Notes: generated by a model from the letters alone, not told the origin. A stretch of DNA of 64,000 nt from an uncultured Acidimicrobiia bacterium (GCA_963786955.1 CAWBAT010000009.1:96001-160000), one strand, 5' to 3'; positions 32,649-43,692 are shown, counted from the stretch's first letter. Program-made: numbers and translations.

Positions 32649-32996
32649 TTACGATCGAATGAGCGTCAAGATCATCTTGAACCGTTTCACAGCGTTGAGG
32701 GCATGAGGCACATTGGCTGGCATGATGATCATCTCCCCTTCTCCGAGTTGGAAAGGTTTTCCTGCAATGAGGATCTCGGCCTGGCCGTCCAACAGATAAA
32801 CTAAGGCATCAAATGGCGCAGTATGCTCGCTGAGTCCTTGGCCTTCATCGAAAGCAAACAGCGTGACGGTTCCCGTTTTGCGGGTAATGATCTCCCGGCT
32901 CACGACTGAGCCTTCCTGATATCCGACCCATTCGGAAGCTTTGACCACCTGCGAGACGAGAGTCTTGACTTGGGAGGTTTCTTGATTTCGTTCCAT
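32649..32996 (-). CDS. Cupin domain protein
   Basis: GSVVSR, TLFAFDEGQGLSEHTAPFDA, MPANVPHAL. Confidence 0.92.
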   Translation of the reverse strand: MERNQETSQVKTLVSQVVKASEWVGYQEGSVVSREIITRKTGTVTLFAFDEGQGLSEHTAPFDALVYLLDGQAEILIAGKPFQLGEGEMIIMPANVPHALNAVKRFKMILTLIRS

Positions 32997-33432
32997 TTCT
33001 CAATCCCCTTGATTATATTGAACCGCCTATACTCTATAATTTGCTGACGTTTCCTGCACTAGAGATTGTGCAATCAGCCTCAAACAGGACCTAACTGTTG
33101 TGTATGTTGCTAATTTCGAACCGTAGCCCATGAACTCAAATTTCTCATGATTTTTCTCTTTAACCGACTGAAAAGCTATAAAAACTCGCTACTTGTGAAG
33201 TTTTTGTTTGCATTTCAACAGGGGATCCGATACATTGGTGATGGCTTAATCAGTTTTTGTGATCTCAAGAGTAACCAGCAGGCCACAGAACATTCGATTT
33301 TGTGGCCTTTTTTTAGTTTACGGCGGTTATGGGACATTGCTTGATGCAGGTTGAATTAATTGCCGGGCCTGAGTTCTCAAAGACGATGACAGCACAATCT
33401 AAACATAATTCAGTAAAGGATAGAAAAACAGT

Positions 33433-33636
33433 ATGAGAGAACAAGGTATCGTCAAGTGGTTCAACAATGAGAAGGGCTACGGATTCATCCAACGTGCATC
33501 CGGCGCCGACGTATTCGTCCACCACACCGCCATCCAGGAACAGGGATATAAATCTCTGAATGAAGGGCAGGCCGTGGAGTTTACAGTAAATAACGGCCCC
33601 AAAGGATTGCAGGCTGCCGAAGTGGTGAAGATCTAA
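33433..33636 (+). CDS. Cold-shock protein (CspA family)
   Basis: [13 protein letters not shown] and DVFVH RNP motifs, 67 aa. Confidence 0.97.
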   Translation: MREQGIVKWFNNEKGYGFIQRASGADVFVHHTAIQEQGYKSLNEGQAVEFTVNNGPKGLQAAEVVKI

Positions 33637-33654
33637 TCTGAATCACGAACCTTC

Positions 33655-33691
33655 ACGGGAAACCCATTCATTTGGGTTTCCCGTTTTTTTT
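33655..33691 (+). terminator. Rho-independent terminator after the cold-shock gene
   Basis: ACGGGAAACCCA-TTCATT-TGGGTTTCCCGT followed by a T run. Confidence 0.9.
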
Positions 33692-33738
33692 CCCCCCTGA
33701 CTTCCCGCTTCCTTTGACGCTCGGAAAGGATTTCCTCA

Positions 33739-34053
33739 GTGACGATTCAATTTCTGGGCACGCATCAGATTCTCACTTCCCGCATTTACAGCTTTCGAGT
33801 GATTGGGACGCTTCGCGAGGAGCGGATGATTGAATTCTCGATCGCGAATCAATTGGTCACAGACAACAAATTCAAGATTCAGGATCTCCCGGATCTTTGC
33901 TTTGCCCGGTTAAAGAACGAACTCAGCCTCGAAAACGAACAGAATGTTCTCCCCTCGGGTCTCTGTGTCACAGATTTAGAGTTAAAAAAGTATCTGGAAT
34001 TGCATTACCCCGCAAAAGTTAGACGTAACTCCGCAGTCAACCCTGAATCCTAG
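33739..34053 (+). CDS. Hypothetical protein
   Basis: 104-aa ORF with AAGGA RBS filling the gap between csp and the convergent gene; no family recognised. Confidence 0.6.
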   Translation: MTIQFLGTHQILTSRIYSFRVIGTLREERMIEFSIANQLVTDNKFKIQDLPDLCFARLKNELSLENEQNVLPSGLCVTDLELKKYLELHYPAKVRRNSAVNPES

Positions 34054-34085
34054 CCCCAGCTGCCCCGCAGTCTCGCCGCATTGCT

Positions 34086-36167
34086 TCAGGGGAGTGCGAA
34101 TGCAACGTACTGGCTGCCCGAAGGCCTTCCCCTACCCCCTCCAGCGGCAATCACTACATACTGACGGCCATCCACCTCATAGGTTGCGGGCGTGGCATTT
34201 CCGGCAAAAGGCAGAAGCGTTTCCCAGAGCAACTTTCCGGTCAGTTTGTCGAAGGCACGAAATTTGCTGTCGAACTGCGTCGCTCCAATGAAGAATAGAC
34301 CGCCAGCCGTCACGATTCCCCCCCCATGATTTGTGCTCCCTGTGTCCTTGATGCCCTGGGCAACTAGTTCGGGGTACTCACCGAAAGGAATCTTCCAGAC
34401 GAACTCTCCCGTGTCGAGATGAATCGCACTCAGGCTGCCCCAGGGCGGGGTGATTGCCGGGTAACCGTCAGGATCGGTGAATTGGTTGTATCCATCGAAG
34501 GTGTACTTCAGTTCTATGGGGGGTTTAAAGCCGCTTTCTATTTCTACTTCCCGGTCTTCTCCCTTCAGAAGAAACACAGCCAAAGCTCGCAATGCGGGCT
34601 CACCGAGTGAAGCAAACCCGGGCATTCGCCCGCCCCCACTAGAAATAAATTGGGTCATTTGATCTTCCGTGAGACGGCCTGTCAAATGGTCAAGGGCGGG
34701 AAATTCGGGGGGAGATCCCTTTCGATCGGGCTTGTGACAACTGGCGCAACGGCTCAAGTAAATCTGCGCGGCCTGGTCTCGCTTCTTCATGCCGATGGCC
34801 GGAACCAGCCGGAGTATCCAGGCCACCTCATTCGCATTCACATAGTAAAGATGAGTTTCCGGGTCGTAAGCTTCGCCACCCCATTCTGCTCCTCCCGAGA
34901 AGCCGGGGAAAACTATCGTGCCTTTAGTACTTGCTGGAGTGAAACGACCACCGAAGTCGAGATTACGTAGGCTTTCCAACGCCGCCTTGTGAGCAGCCTC
35001 GGTGCGGTTGGTGACCGTCGCTTCCGTCATCTCCTGCCGGACGAACGGTGCAGGCTTTAAGGAAAATCGCTGAGTTTTTGAAAGCAGTTCGCCTTCCATG
35101 TTTGATGCTGGCACCGGCCGCTCTTCAGAGGGAAACAGGCTCTCCCCTGTTTCCCGATTCAGCACATAGATGAACCCATCTTTACCCGCCTGCACAACCA
35201 CATCCATCAATTTTCCGTTGTGCTTTACCGTGGCGAGCAGTGGCGCGGTCGGGAAATCTAAATCCCAGGTGTCATGCTTGACAGACTGGAAATGCCATTT
35301 TCGCTTCCCAGTAGCTGCATCCAAGCAAATGATACTGTTGGCAAACAGATTGTCTCCATGGCGGTCTGCCCCATAGAAGTCAAAAGCCGCCGATCCAGTG
35401 GGGACAAACACCAGTCCTCGATCGAGATCCACTGTCATACCGGCCCAGTTGTTTGCTCCTCCGCTGTATTTCCACGCATCCGGAGGCCAGGTATCATAAC
35501 CAAATTCGCCGGCCCGAGGAATGGTGTGAAAGGTCCAGCGTAGTTTGCCCGTACGCACGTCATAGGCACGGATATCTCCCGGTGTCGAAGGAAGTGCTTC
35601 GGGCACGGCGCTCCCCAGGATAAGTAGGTCACGATAGATCACTCCCGGCGTGCTGGAACTGATCTTGACGGGAGTCGGTATATCTTTGAAGGCCTCCCGC
35701 AAATCGACAACCCCATTCTGGCCAAACGCTTGGTCAAGTTTTCCCGTCCGAGCATCGAGAGAGATCAAATCGCTGTTTAAAGTTACCAAAATGCGAGCCT
35801 GCTTCCCATCCGTCCAATAGGTCAATCCTCGGTTTACGGGAAATTGGCCTTTGGCTCCATTGAGCCCGTCATACTCCCAGATCAATTTCCCCGTAGCAGC
35901 ATTTAGCGCGATCACGCGCAACGACGTCGTCGTAGCGTAGAGAACGCCATCGATGATTATGGGATTACACTCGATGGTGGAACCCTCGGAAGCATCGCCG
36001 CTATCATAGGTCCAGGCAACTTTAAGTTGACGAACATTCCCCCTATGGATTTGATCGAGTGAAGAATAGTGGGTGTTTCCCGGCCCACCTCCAAATCTTT
36101 CCCACCGGGAATATTGATCTGCTGCCAGCAAATTCATGGAGCATAGAAAAAACAGGAAAATCCTCAT
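34086..36167 (-). CDS. PQQ-dependent dehydrogenase with inserted cytochrome c domain
   Basis: Signal peptide MRIFLFFL..., PQQ beta-propeller W-motifs, HDTWDLD, CASCH heme motif, PPWG, ATPATY. Confidence 0.92.
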   Translation of the reverse strand: MRIFLFFLCSMNLLAADQYSRWERFGGGPGNTHYSSLDQIHRGNVRQLKVAWTYDSGDASEGSTIECNPIIIDGVLYATTTSLRVIALNAATGKLIWEYDGLNGAKGQFPVNRGLTYWTDGKQARILVTLNSDLISLDARTGKLDQAFGQNGVVDLREAFKDIPTPVKISSSTPGVIYRDLLILGSAVPEALPSTPGDIRAYDVRTGKLRWTFHTIPRAGEFGYDTWPPDAWKYSGGANNWAGMTVDLDRGLVFVPTGSAAFDFYGADRHGDNLFANSIICLDAATGKRKWHFQSVKHDTWDLDFPTAPLLATVKHNGKLMDVVVQAGKDGFIYVLNRETGESLFPSEERPVPASNMEGELLSKTQRFSLKPAPFVRQEMTEATVTNRTEAAHKAALESLRNLDFGGRFTPASTKGTIVFPGFSGGAEWGGEAYDPETHLYYVNANEVAWILRLVPAIGMKKRDQAAQIYLSRCASCHKPDRKGSPPEFPALDHLTGRLTEDQMTQFISSGGGRMPGFASLGEPALRALAVFLLKGEDREVEIESGFKPPIELKYTFDGYNQFTDPDGYPAITPPWGSLSAIHLDTGEFVWKIPFGEYPELVAQGIKDTGSTNHGGGIVTAGGLFFIGATQFDSKFRAFDKLTGKLLWETLLPFAGNATPATYEVDGRQYVVIAAGGGRGRPSGSQYVAFALP

Positions 36168-36438
36168 GAAAGACCTCGATTCCCTAACGGACCGAATAGA
36201 TAGACAGCGATTGCAGCTCGACACTTTTAAGCATGATTCAATCCACTGGACGCGCGTGATAATGGCAACCTATTTTTGGACCGAAAAACTAGCACTATTG
36301 CCAGGCAAAAACAAGCGCTAACACAAACGGTGGCCTTCAAGAATGTTCCCTGTCATTCCCAAGTCTGATAAGAAGCAGGCGGCGAGAGTCCTGGCGCGTT
36401 ACACGTTTTCATTGGATCTTGTGTACTACTTTAAAGAA

Positions 36439-36532
36439 TGGCGGAGAGGGCGGGATTCGAACCCGCGTGGGAGTGTTTAGCCCCCAAACCGCTTTCGAGG
36501 CGGCCCCGTTACGACCACTTCGGTACCTCTCC
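36439..36532 (-). tRNA. tRNA-Ser (anticodon CGA)
   Basis: Minus strand GGAGAGG...GCCGC-CT-CGA-AA-GCGGT, long variable arm, GGTTCGAATCC, CCTCTCCG-CCA. Confidence 0.96.
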
Positions 36533-36633
36533 GTGGGATGAGCAAGCAGAAATAAGGAGTGTGAGATTACAAAGAGCTGACGGGCGAAAGAGCAGAGAAA
36601 ACGTTCTCTGGAATTCGTCCAAATTCCGTGAAG

Positions 36634-37116
36634 TTACTTTCGCGACCTTCGCTTGTTTTTAAAGAATTGCTTGAGCAATTCAGCCGAATCCTTCCCCAAA
36701 ACACCCGAAATTACGGTATAACGGTGATTCGAGAATCGGGCTTGGGCCAACCCGAGATGCGAATCGATTGCACCTGCCTTGAGATCTTTGGTTCCGTAAA
36801 CCAGGCATTGAACACGTGCCCAAATCAACGCGCCCGCGCACATGAGGCACGGTTCGAGAGTGCAATAAACAGTGGCTGATGTCAATCGGTAATTTCCTGT
36901 TTTCCGGGCGGCTTGGCGTAGAGCCAGGATCTCCGCGTGGGCCGTCGGATCATTCTTTCGGATGCTTTGATTATAGCCTTTCCCGACGACTTTTCCTGAA
37001 ATGACGACGACGGCTCCCACCGGAACTTCTCCAATCCTGCCGGCTTTTTGAGCCAGGGTTAAAGCCATTTTCATGAATCGATTGTGTTGCGCTTTCACTT
37101 GTTCTTGATTTGTCAT
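36634..37116 (-). CDS. tadA: tRNA adenosine(34) deaminase
   Basis: [23 protein letters not shown]. Start at ATG 37116 preferred. Confidence 0.94.
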   Translation of the reverse strand: MTNQEQVKAQHNRFMKMALTLAQKAGRIGEVPVGAVVVISGKVVGKGYNQSIRKNDPTAHAEILALRQAARKTGNYRLTSATVYCTLEPCLMCAGALIWARVQCLVYGTKDLKAGAIDSHLGLAQARFSNHRYTVISGVLGKDSAELLKQFFKNKRRSRK

Positions 37117-37156
37117 ACCATTCACTGCTCGATTCGAAGATATAAGGAGAGCCAAA

Positions 37157-37831
37157 ATGCCTCGGAAATCAACCCTCGTTCACCTACTTCAGATTCAGTG
37201 CCTGATTTTGCTCCTGCCTGGCTTGATCATCGCCCAGCAAAAAAACGATTACAAGAATTACGTATCATTATTTGACGGAAAGAGCCTGGCCGGGTGGTTG
37301 TTAATGGGGAAAAAAGGTCAGGGCTACCTGGTTGAAAATGGCATCCTGGTCTGCCCCGCGGATGGCGGAGGAAATCTCTTTACCGTCAAGGAGTACGCAA
37401 ATTTTATTTTCGACTTTAAATTTCGGGTTGCTCCCGGGGGGAATAATGGGATCGGGATTCGCGCCCCCTTGGAAGGCGATGCTGCTTATGTTGGAATGGA
37501 GGTTCAGATCCTCGATGATGACGCCCCCGAGTACAAGGGCAAGTTACAGCCGGCCCAGCTTCATGGATCTATTTATGGTGTCTTCGCCGCACAATCCGGA
37601 TACCTCAAGAAAGCCGGAGAGTGGAACCAAGAGGAGATCAAGGCCGACGGCCGGCACATTCAGGTCACCTTGAATGGCCATAAAATAGTTGATGCAGACC
37701 TGGATTCGGTCAAAGATCCAGAGGTCTTGAAAAAACATCCCGGCCTGGCTCGGACCACGGGGCACATTGGGTTCCTGGGGCATGACTCCCGCGTGGAGTT
37801 TCGTGAAATCCGGATCAAGGAGCTGCCCTAA
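37157..37831 (+). CDS. DUF1080 (3-keto-disaccharide hydrolase-like) secreted protein
   Basis: Signal peptide, [44 protein letters not shown]. Confidence 0.9.
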   Translation: MPRKSTLVHLLQIQCLILLLPGLIIAQQKNDYKNYVSLFDGKSLAGWLLMGKKGQGYLVENGILVCPADGGGNLFTVKEYANFIFDFKFRVAPGGNNGIGIRAPLEGDAAYVGMEVQILDDDAPEYKGKLQPAQLHGSIYGVFAAQSGYLKKAGEWNQEEIKADGRHIQVTLNGHKIVDADLDSVKDPEVLKKHPGLARTTGHIGFLGHDSRVEFREIRIKELP

Positions 37832-37936
37832 AACTGGGCTCCGTACTCGCTTACCGCTCCCTTTCCTTGGCTGTTTATTAGTCTTCGCAATGAACCCGAG
37901 AACGCCGCCAGAACGGCGACTTTTCGGTTGTTTAAA

Positions 37937-38245
37937 TCATCCAAGCAGGTCGAGAACTGATTCGAGTTCCCCTTTTGCTTTATTATCCTTAAGCCGGGAT
38001 GCCACTTCGATTCCCTTCTGGTAGATTTGTCTGGCTTCATCGTACTGGCCCAAATTCTCCAACGTCTGTCCGGTATGGTAGTACGCGGCAACGTAATCCG
38101 AATTGATCGAGAGCAGATGTTTAAATTCGGATACGGCCTCCGCCAGATTCCCTTGCCTGGCAAATTCCATCGCCAGACCATAGCGAGCGAAATTGTCTTC
38201 TGGATTTGCCTGCAGAATTTCTCTCAATGCACTAAGACGATCCAT
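37937..38245 (-). CDS. Tetratricopeptide repeat protein
   Basis: FARYGLAME...YVAAYYHTGQTLE...YQKGI TPR pattern; AGGAG RBS. Confidence 0.88.
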   Translation of the reverse strand: MDRLSALREILQANPEDNFARYGLAMEFARQGNLAEAVSEFKHLLSINSDYVAAYYHTGQTLENLGQYDEARQIYQKGIEVASRLKDNKAKGELESVLDLLG

Positions 38246-38498
38246 GGCGATCCGCTCCTATGAGTATTGTTCCGAATACGTCCTTCCCCGTTGTCTGGGT
38301 TCGGCGGGCTCTTTGACTTCTAGGACCCGGTGCCATCCCCATCTCCGCTGAGGCAACGGAATGGGCCCATGAGTTCCGCTCTAAAGTACTGAAATCACTT
38401 GTCGCCAAACTCTTAGAAGTATATGATTTTTGCGCTTCCCTGTCGTCCTCTAAAGCCTTAGCCGATGTGAACGTGGTGTGCTGAACCAGACAAAAGGA

Positions 38499-38744
38499 AT
38501 GTCCATGAATAAGAATATCACACTGACAGAATCCCAATACCTGCGGCTTCTCGAACTGATCTCTGCATTGGAGGAACAGGCGGTGTTATTTTCCTGGACA
38601 AGCCTGCAGTATGGGACCACCCTGAAAATCATCGCAACGGGGTTGAAGGATATCTTGGAAGGAAATAAACTGATCGATGACCTGCTCGAAGAAGTAGATC
38701 AAACCCTGACAGACAGGCCTCGCGCAAGAGCGGCGGCTTCCTGA
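38499..38744 (+). CDS. Hypothetical small helical protein
   Basis: AAAGGA RBS before ATG; ORF fills an intergenic gap. Confidence 0.55.
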   Translation: MSMNKNITLTESQYLRLLELISALEEQAVLFSWTSLQYGTTLKIIATGLKDILEGNKLIDDLLEEVDQTLTDRPRARAAAS

Positions 38745-38772
38745 CAAACCCCTTCAAAGATGAATCAATCCC

Positions 38773-40317
38773 TTAGTAGTTTGTGATCCTGCCGGCTGTT
38801 TCCGGGAAACTCATGCTCTCCACAAACGTTGCGTGAAAATTCTGATCGGAGGCCAGCGAGAGGTGACGACTCATCTTGCGGACCTGTTCCATAGTCGTGT
38901 TGAAGAGGGTCTTGGAGAGGAGCATCATCTTTGCGCCACGAAGTGCGGTGTTTCCGGCCGAGTGGATCTTCCCCGGACTCACCTCGAGCAGACCGATTCG
39001 GCGGGCACTCTCCCGGTTGACATAGTTCCCGAAAGCTCCTGCCAGGTGGAGTTTGTGCAGATCATTGAGCTTCTTCCCAAACTGATCCAGCAAGATCCGA
39101 AGGCCCGCCGCTATTGCGCCTTTTGCCAGCTGTAGCTCCCGGATGTCTCCCTGACTCAGGCTTACGGGAGAAAGGAGCTTCCACTCTTTCGACCCGTCGC
39201 TGAAGCGTCCGTTGCTTTGAAGGAACCCGAGATTCAACCCAGCTGCCGCGGCATCCACCAAGCCGCTCCCACAGATCCCTCGCGCGTGCCCTTCCCCGAG
39301 AACATGACAATGCAGCTTCCCGTTGCGCAGCGACACTCCGGTGATGGCCCCGGCCGAAGCCCGCATTCCCATTCGAATCCGGCCGGCCTCAAAGGCAGGT
39401 CCCGCCGCGGTCGATGCACAAATCAGACCGGAACGGTCGCCCACAACGATCTCCCCGTTAGTTCCAAGATCAGCCAGCGCGACCAATTCCGCGCTTTCGG
39501 CCATCCCCGTGGCAATGATCCCGGCCAGGACATCACTCCCCACAAAACCTCCCAGGCACGGAAGGAAACAGACTTTCGCGTCACCGCATCCAGTCCATTC
39601 GAGTTCCCGTGCCGTCAAGCGGATCAGGCCGTCGTTTTTGGGTTCAAACGGCACATGCGAGAGGGGCTCAACATCAATTCCACAAAAAAGGTGATGCATC
39701 ACCGTGTTTCCCACAATCATCACATGGCGCAGTCTTTCGGGTGAAAGGCGGGCCAGTCTGAAAGTCTCTTGGATCATTTCATGCAGACAATTGCGAATCT
39801 CGCGAGTCAACTTCCCATGGGTCACACTTCCCTCAGCGAGCGCAAACTCAATGCGGCTCATGACGTCCGCCCCGTGGGCAGCCTGAGGATTGAGTGCCGT
39901 CTGGACGGCTAAAACCTGCCCCGTAGTTAAATCGACCAACTGGGCAACCAGAGTAGTTGTCCCCAGATCGATGGCAATTCCAAGCCCTTCATCTGGTTCG
40001 AAATCAAACTGGGCATCGTCAGAGAGAATGGGAGTGTCCCACTGGGCAATCTCCAGTTCCAGCGGACCATCGACGCACCCCTGGCAAGCCAGACGCCAGC
40101 CGGCCGCGATTTCTTCTGGACTTAATATTTCTTCCATTTCCAGGGTCTTGGGGAGATTTCCTTCGAGGACACGAACGCGGCAGCCACGGCAAATACCCAC
40201 TCCGCCACAAGGAAACTCCACCCCATATTTGAATAGGATATCTTGCAGTGGAGTGCCCGGTGTGACTTCCAGACTCTCACCGAGGGGAGCTAGACGGATC
40301 TGAATCTTCTTTTGCAT
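38773..40317 (-). CDS. ASKHA-family reductive activator of corrinoid proteins (RACo/RamA-like) with N-terminal [2Fe-2S] domain
   Basis: CGGVGICRGC...RLACQ, IDLGTTT, GADVMSRI, DLGTNGE, TAAGPAFE, GICGSG, AGAFG. Confidence 0.92.
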   Translation of the reverse strand: MQKKIQIRLAPLGESLEVTPGTPLQDILFKYGVEFPCGGVGICRGCRVRVLEGNLPKTLEMEEILSPEEIAAGWRLACQGCVDGPLELEIAQWDTPILSDDAQFDFEPDEGLGIAIDLGTTTLVAQLVDLTTGQVLAVQTALNPQAAHGADVMSRIEFALAEGSVTHGKLTREIRNCLHEMIQETFRLARLSPERLRHVMIVGNTVMHHLFCGIDVEPLSHVPFEPKNDGLIRLTARELEWTGCGDAKVCFLPCLGGFVGSDVLAGIIATGMAESAELVALADLGTNGEIVVGDRSGLICASTAAGPAFEAGRIRMGMRASAGAITGVSLRNGKLHCHVLGEGHARGICGSGLVDAAAAGLNLGFLQSNGRFSDGSKEWKLLSPVSLSQGDIRELQLAKGAIAAGLRILLDQFGKKLNDLHKLHLAGAFGNYVNRESARRIGLLEVSPGKIHSAGNTALRGAKMMLLSKTLFNTTMEQVRKMSRHLSLASDQNFHATFVESMSFPETAGRITNY

Positions 40318-40422
40318 GGGTTAAGCGAGTTCAACTTTTCAGGGGCTAGCGGCAATTCAACGTCCGTCGCAGGAGAAATGGAGTAAACGTGGAAGACTGA
40401 ACAGGATATACAGACGCCGGGA

Positions 40423-41169
40423 TTACTCTTTACACTCTTCCAGCTCGATAATGTTTTCCTTATAGGAAGCCTTGATTCGGAAACCTTTGGGAACGACCAG
40501 GAAATCATTTTCCGGCCATTCCCCCGAAAGGAGCCGCTCAAACAGGCTCAAGTCTCCGCGAATTTTGTCAAATGTCCAACCCCGCTGTTTGGCTTCTTCT
40601 TGAGCCTGCTTTTCGAAATGGTCATCGGCTTCAATTCCAGTTTCGATAAACGTCAGCTGGCGGTAATGCTTCTGATATTCCGTAAATTGTTCATAGAGGA
40701 AACGCCCGTTATCTTCCCCATATTGTTCGATCAAGTCCTGCAAGTTGTAGTTGACCCCTTTCTTGGACATGACCCGATTGCTGACTTGCTCCAAATTTCC
40801 GCCTCGCTCAATCCATCCCGTCGAGCGAAAGTAGACTCCGGAATTGTTTTCGAAGTATTTCTGATAGTTTTGGCGGCTGCCCATGAGAAGAGTGATGCAA
40901 TCATGCGCTCGCGGAACAACGATCGGGAGCGTTCTGGCGGTAAGGCCTTGAATTCCATTGCCACAGAGCGCATACCCTAACAAGACGGCATCATATTGAC
41001 CCGGGTCGACCCGGTCGATCAATTCCTGCAACTTTTCCCGCATAGACTGCCCTCCCAGATCATGGAGTCCTTTGGAGCAAAACTCGACGTCAATCTGGTG
41101 TGGCGAGCGGGCCAAAGCTGCACACATCTCGCGAAAGACTACTTCACAGCTAATGAGTTTATATCGCAT
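40423..41169 (-). CDS. DUF1638 domain protein
   Basis: KLISCEV, GLH, LGYALCGNG, PRAHDCITLLMGS; typical neighbour of corrinoid activators. Confidence 0.88.
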   Translation of the reverse strand: MRYKLISCEVVFREMCAALARSPHQIDVEFCSKGLHDLGGQSMREKLQELIDRVDPGQYDAVLLGYALCGNGIQGLTARTLPIVVPRAHDCITLLMGSRQNYQKYFENNSGVYFRSTGWIERGGNLEQVSNRVMSKKGVNYNLQDLIEQYGEDNGRFLYEQFTEYQKHYRQLTFIETGIEADDHFEKQAQEEAKQRGWTFDKIRGDLSLFERLLSGEWPENDFLVVPKGFRIKASYKENIIELEECKE

Positions 41170-41451
41170 GGATGGATTCTTCCGATTTGAAATCCTACCC
41201 CCGGTGTTGAACAAAAAATTGGCCTCGCAGAGTACAACGCTCTGGGGAGGAGACCAATCATGGAGCGCCAGCCTCTACGAGGCCTATTGAACTCGAAAGC
41301 GTGCTTTCCAGACTATCTAATCTTATATAAACGCAATGATAATATTATAAATCCGGCAGGGACCCCCAAGACATCGCCGTGAAGTCTTCTCAAGACTTCA
41401 CCCTGTGGCTACCGCCATGATCCAAGGGGGACCTTTCCCAATTCCCCTGAA

Positions 41452-41560
41452 GAGATCTGAAGAAATTGTAGCGGCGCTCTATGAGCGCCGACCAAACCAT
41501 TGAATTAAAAAGAACACGGCGGTCACAGGCCGCCGCTACAGCCGATTCTTTCACACCTTC
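41452..41560. repeat. REP doublet inside imperfect terminal inverted repeats, copy 2
   Basis: Near-identical to 8812-8920; right end GATTCTTTCACACCTTC. Confidence 0.85.
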
Positions 41561-41663
41561 CCTCCTGTTAAGGGGGAAGCAAATAGATCATCGTCTCTCC
41601 TTGCACAAGGGGGGACTTCAGGGGGTGGAGAATTATTAGTAAGCAACATTTAGTGCAACTGCT

Positions 41664-42293
41664 TTAGTTTGTCATGAAACTACGCGCAAGATTCACGGCC
41701 GATGCAGCATTTTCGCCATACCCATCCGCACCAATCTGGTCAGCAAAGTTTTGAGTGATGGGAGCACCGCCAATCAGGACTTTCACGCGATCTCGCACCC
41801 CAGCCTGCTTCAGGGCGTCGATCGTGGACTTCATGGAAGGCATTGTGACGGTCAAAAGTGCGGAAAGGCAAATCAAATTCGGATTCTGTTCTTTGACAAC
41901 TTCCACGAATTTCTCGGGAGCGACATCGGTGCCCAGATCGATCACCTCAAAACCTCCCCCTTCGAGCATGGAAGCTACCAGGTTTTTGCCGATGTCGTGC
42001 AAGTCGCCCTTCACGGTCCCGATCACCACCCGTCCCACCGGCTTGGAGCCTTGCGCTGCCAATCGGGGTCGAAGGATTTGCAAACATCCCTTCATAGCCC
42101 GCGCAGAAATCAACATTTCCGGAACAAAATACTCTTCACATTCGAATCGCTTTCCCACTTCAGCCATGGCCGGAATCATGAACTTCTGCACCAAGTCTAG
42201 GGGATCTGCATTCTCGGCAAGGGCCTTTTCAGTCGCGGCAATCGCTCTCTTTGCGTCTCCATCAATAATTGCATCGTAAACTTCTTTGGACAT
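41664..42293 (-). CDS. Corrinoid (B12-binding) methyl-carrier protein
   Basis: FVPEM cap domain, GTVKGDLHDIGKNLV (DxHxxG), LSALLT, IGGAP. Confidence 0.95.
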   Translation of the reverse strand: MSKEVYDAIIDGDAKRAIAATEKALAENADPLDLVQKFMIPAMAEVGKRFECEEYFVPEMLISARAMKGCLQILRPRLAAQGSKPVGRVVIGTVKGDLHDIGKNLVASMLEGGGFEVIDLGTDVAPEKFVEVVKEQNPNLICLSALLTVTMPSMKSTIDALKQAGVRDRVKVLIGGAPITQNFADQIGADGYGENAASAVNLARSFMTN

Positions 42294-42432
42294 TATTGCC
42301 TCCTCTTCGATTCACTCAAGTGTTGACTGACGCCACTGCCCAAGAACAGATGGCCGACAATCGAATACGCAAACCCACAAAAAATCCCGGAGGGCTTCGA
42401 AGGATTCTACTTCAGCTTGGCCTCCGGGCTCT

Positions 42433-43692
42433 TCAATTTCTACCTCCAAATTCCTGAATGGCATTCAGCATCGCGACGATGTTTTCAACCGGTGTTCGGG
42501 CCTGGATATTGTGAATGGTATTAAAAATAAATCCGCCGTCTTTAGAAAACACACGGCATCGCTCTAGAACCTGATCACGAACTTCAGTTGGGGTCCCAAA
42601 AGGGAGCACCTTCTGCGTATCAACACCTCCACCCCAAAAGACAATCCGGTCGCCAAATTCTGCTTTGAGATTCTCCGCCGCCATGCCTGTTGCAGAACAC
42701 TGAACAGGATTGAGAATATCAAACCCGGCTTCAATCATGGACGGGATAAATCTTATCACGGACCCGCAGGAATGTTTGAAGGTTTTCCAGGTTGTGTTTT
42801 TGTGGATCCAGTCATTGACCCGTTTGTAGTATGGAAAATATAAATCACGAAAGGTGTCGACGGAACAAAAACTAGAGGTTTGCGTCCCAAAGTCAGTTCC
42901 GCAAATAAAAAGGACGTCGATCTTGTTTCCCACGATCGGAAAAATCTTTTCCAGATTTGCGATGGCGTAATCACATTGTTTGGAAAAGACCGTATGAATG
43001 TAATCCTGCCGGGTGCGGGTCGATACGTACCATTCGGCGATGTCCCGGATGCCCTTGGGATGCTTGAGAAAAGGGGCTGGGACTAAGGCAATATCGCCGA
43101 ACCCCGTCCCCCCAAAAGTCGCAACTACGGCTCGATTTGTGCCTTCCAGCTCTGCGATCGAACGTCGAAGGTATTCCAGGTCCTTCTCGGTGATCGGTCC
43201 GAATTCCTCTAAGTTGTCTTCAGGATCGAGTTTATCTTCATCAAATGGTTCTTGCCTGACAATGCTATCAAAGAAATAACCGTCCTTCGGCATCCGGCCG
43301 CTTGGCGGCGCAGAAGTATCCCCTTCGGGATAAATCAGGATGTCACCTTTTTCGTCCGTCGTGGTCCGAAAATCCTTGGAAACCAAAACCTCAAGACCTT
43401 GCGGCGTCTTCCACGGTCTCCAATCGTAATTCGCAAACCCGAAAATCGTCTTTACCGGATAGACCGCGTCCGTATCAATACCCATGACATTCTTCAAATC
43501 ATCTTCAACCAATCCCAGCATCTGATAGGGTTCGTGAACCTTCACGGCGTGTTCGTCCAGCCCGTAATATTTGCGAAGCTCAGAGACGCAGCTGACATGG
43601 ATTCCCGTCGTCAACGTGCTTCCAAAATCTATCGGTATGCGGTCAGGCGCTCGATGGGACAAGCTGGCAACGACACGCTCTTTACTGTTCAT
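42433..43692 (-). CDS. Uroporphyrinogen decarboxylase-fold methyltransferase (MtaA/CmuA-like)
   Basis: MNSKERV...PDRIPID, FKHSCG, NPVQCSA, FWGGGVDTQ, HNIQ. Confidence 0.88.
   Translation of the reverse strand: MNSKERVVASLSHRAPDRIPIDFGSTLTTGIHVSCVSELRKYYGLDEHAVKVHEPYQMLGLVEDDLKNVMGIDTDAVYPVKTIFGFANYDWRPWKTPQGLEVLVSKDFRTTTDEKGDILIYPEGDTSAPPSGRMPKDGYFFDSIVRQEPFDEDKLDPEDNLEEFGPITEKDLEYLRRSIAELEGTNRAVVATFGGTGFGDIALVPAPFLKHPKGIRDIAEWYVSTRTRQDYIHTVFSKQCDYAIANLEKIFPIVGNKIDVLFICGTDFGTQTSSFCSVDTFRDLYFPYYKRVNDWIHKNTTWKTFKHSCGSVIRFIPSMIEAGFDILNPVQCSATGMAAENLKAEFGDRIVFWGGGVDTQKVLPFGTPTEVRDQVLERCRVFSKDGGFIFNTIHNIQARTPVENIVAMLNAIQEFGGRN

Noticed and set aside
36439-36532. tRNA-Sec, or an integration site with a duplicated 3' end
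   Set aside because: The anticodon is CGA (Ser), not TCA, and I saw no second copy of the 3' end in the window.
41664-43692. Pyrrolysine (UAG) recoding in the methyltransferase module
   Set aside because: Both ORFs are full length without an in-frame amber codon, and the enzyme is UroD-fold rather than MttB/MtmB.
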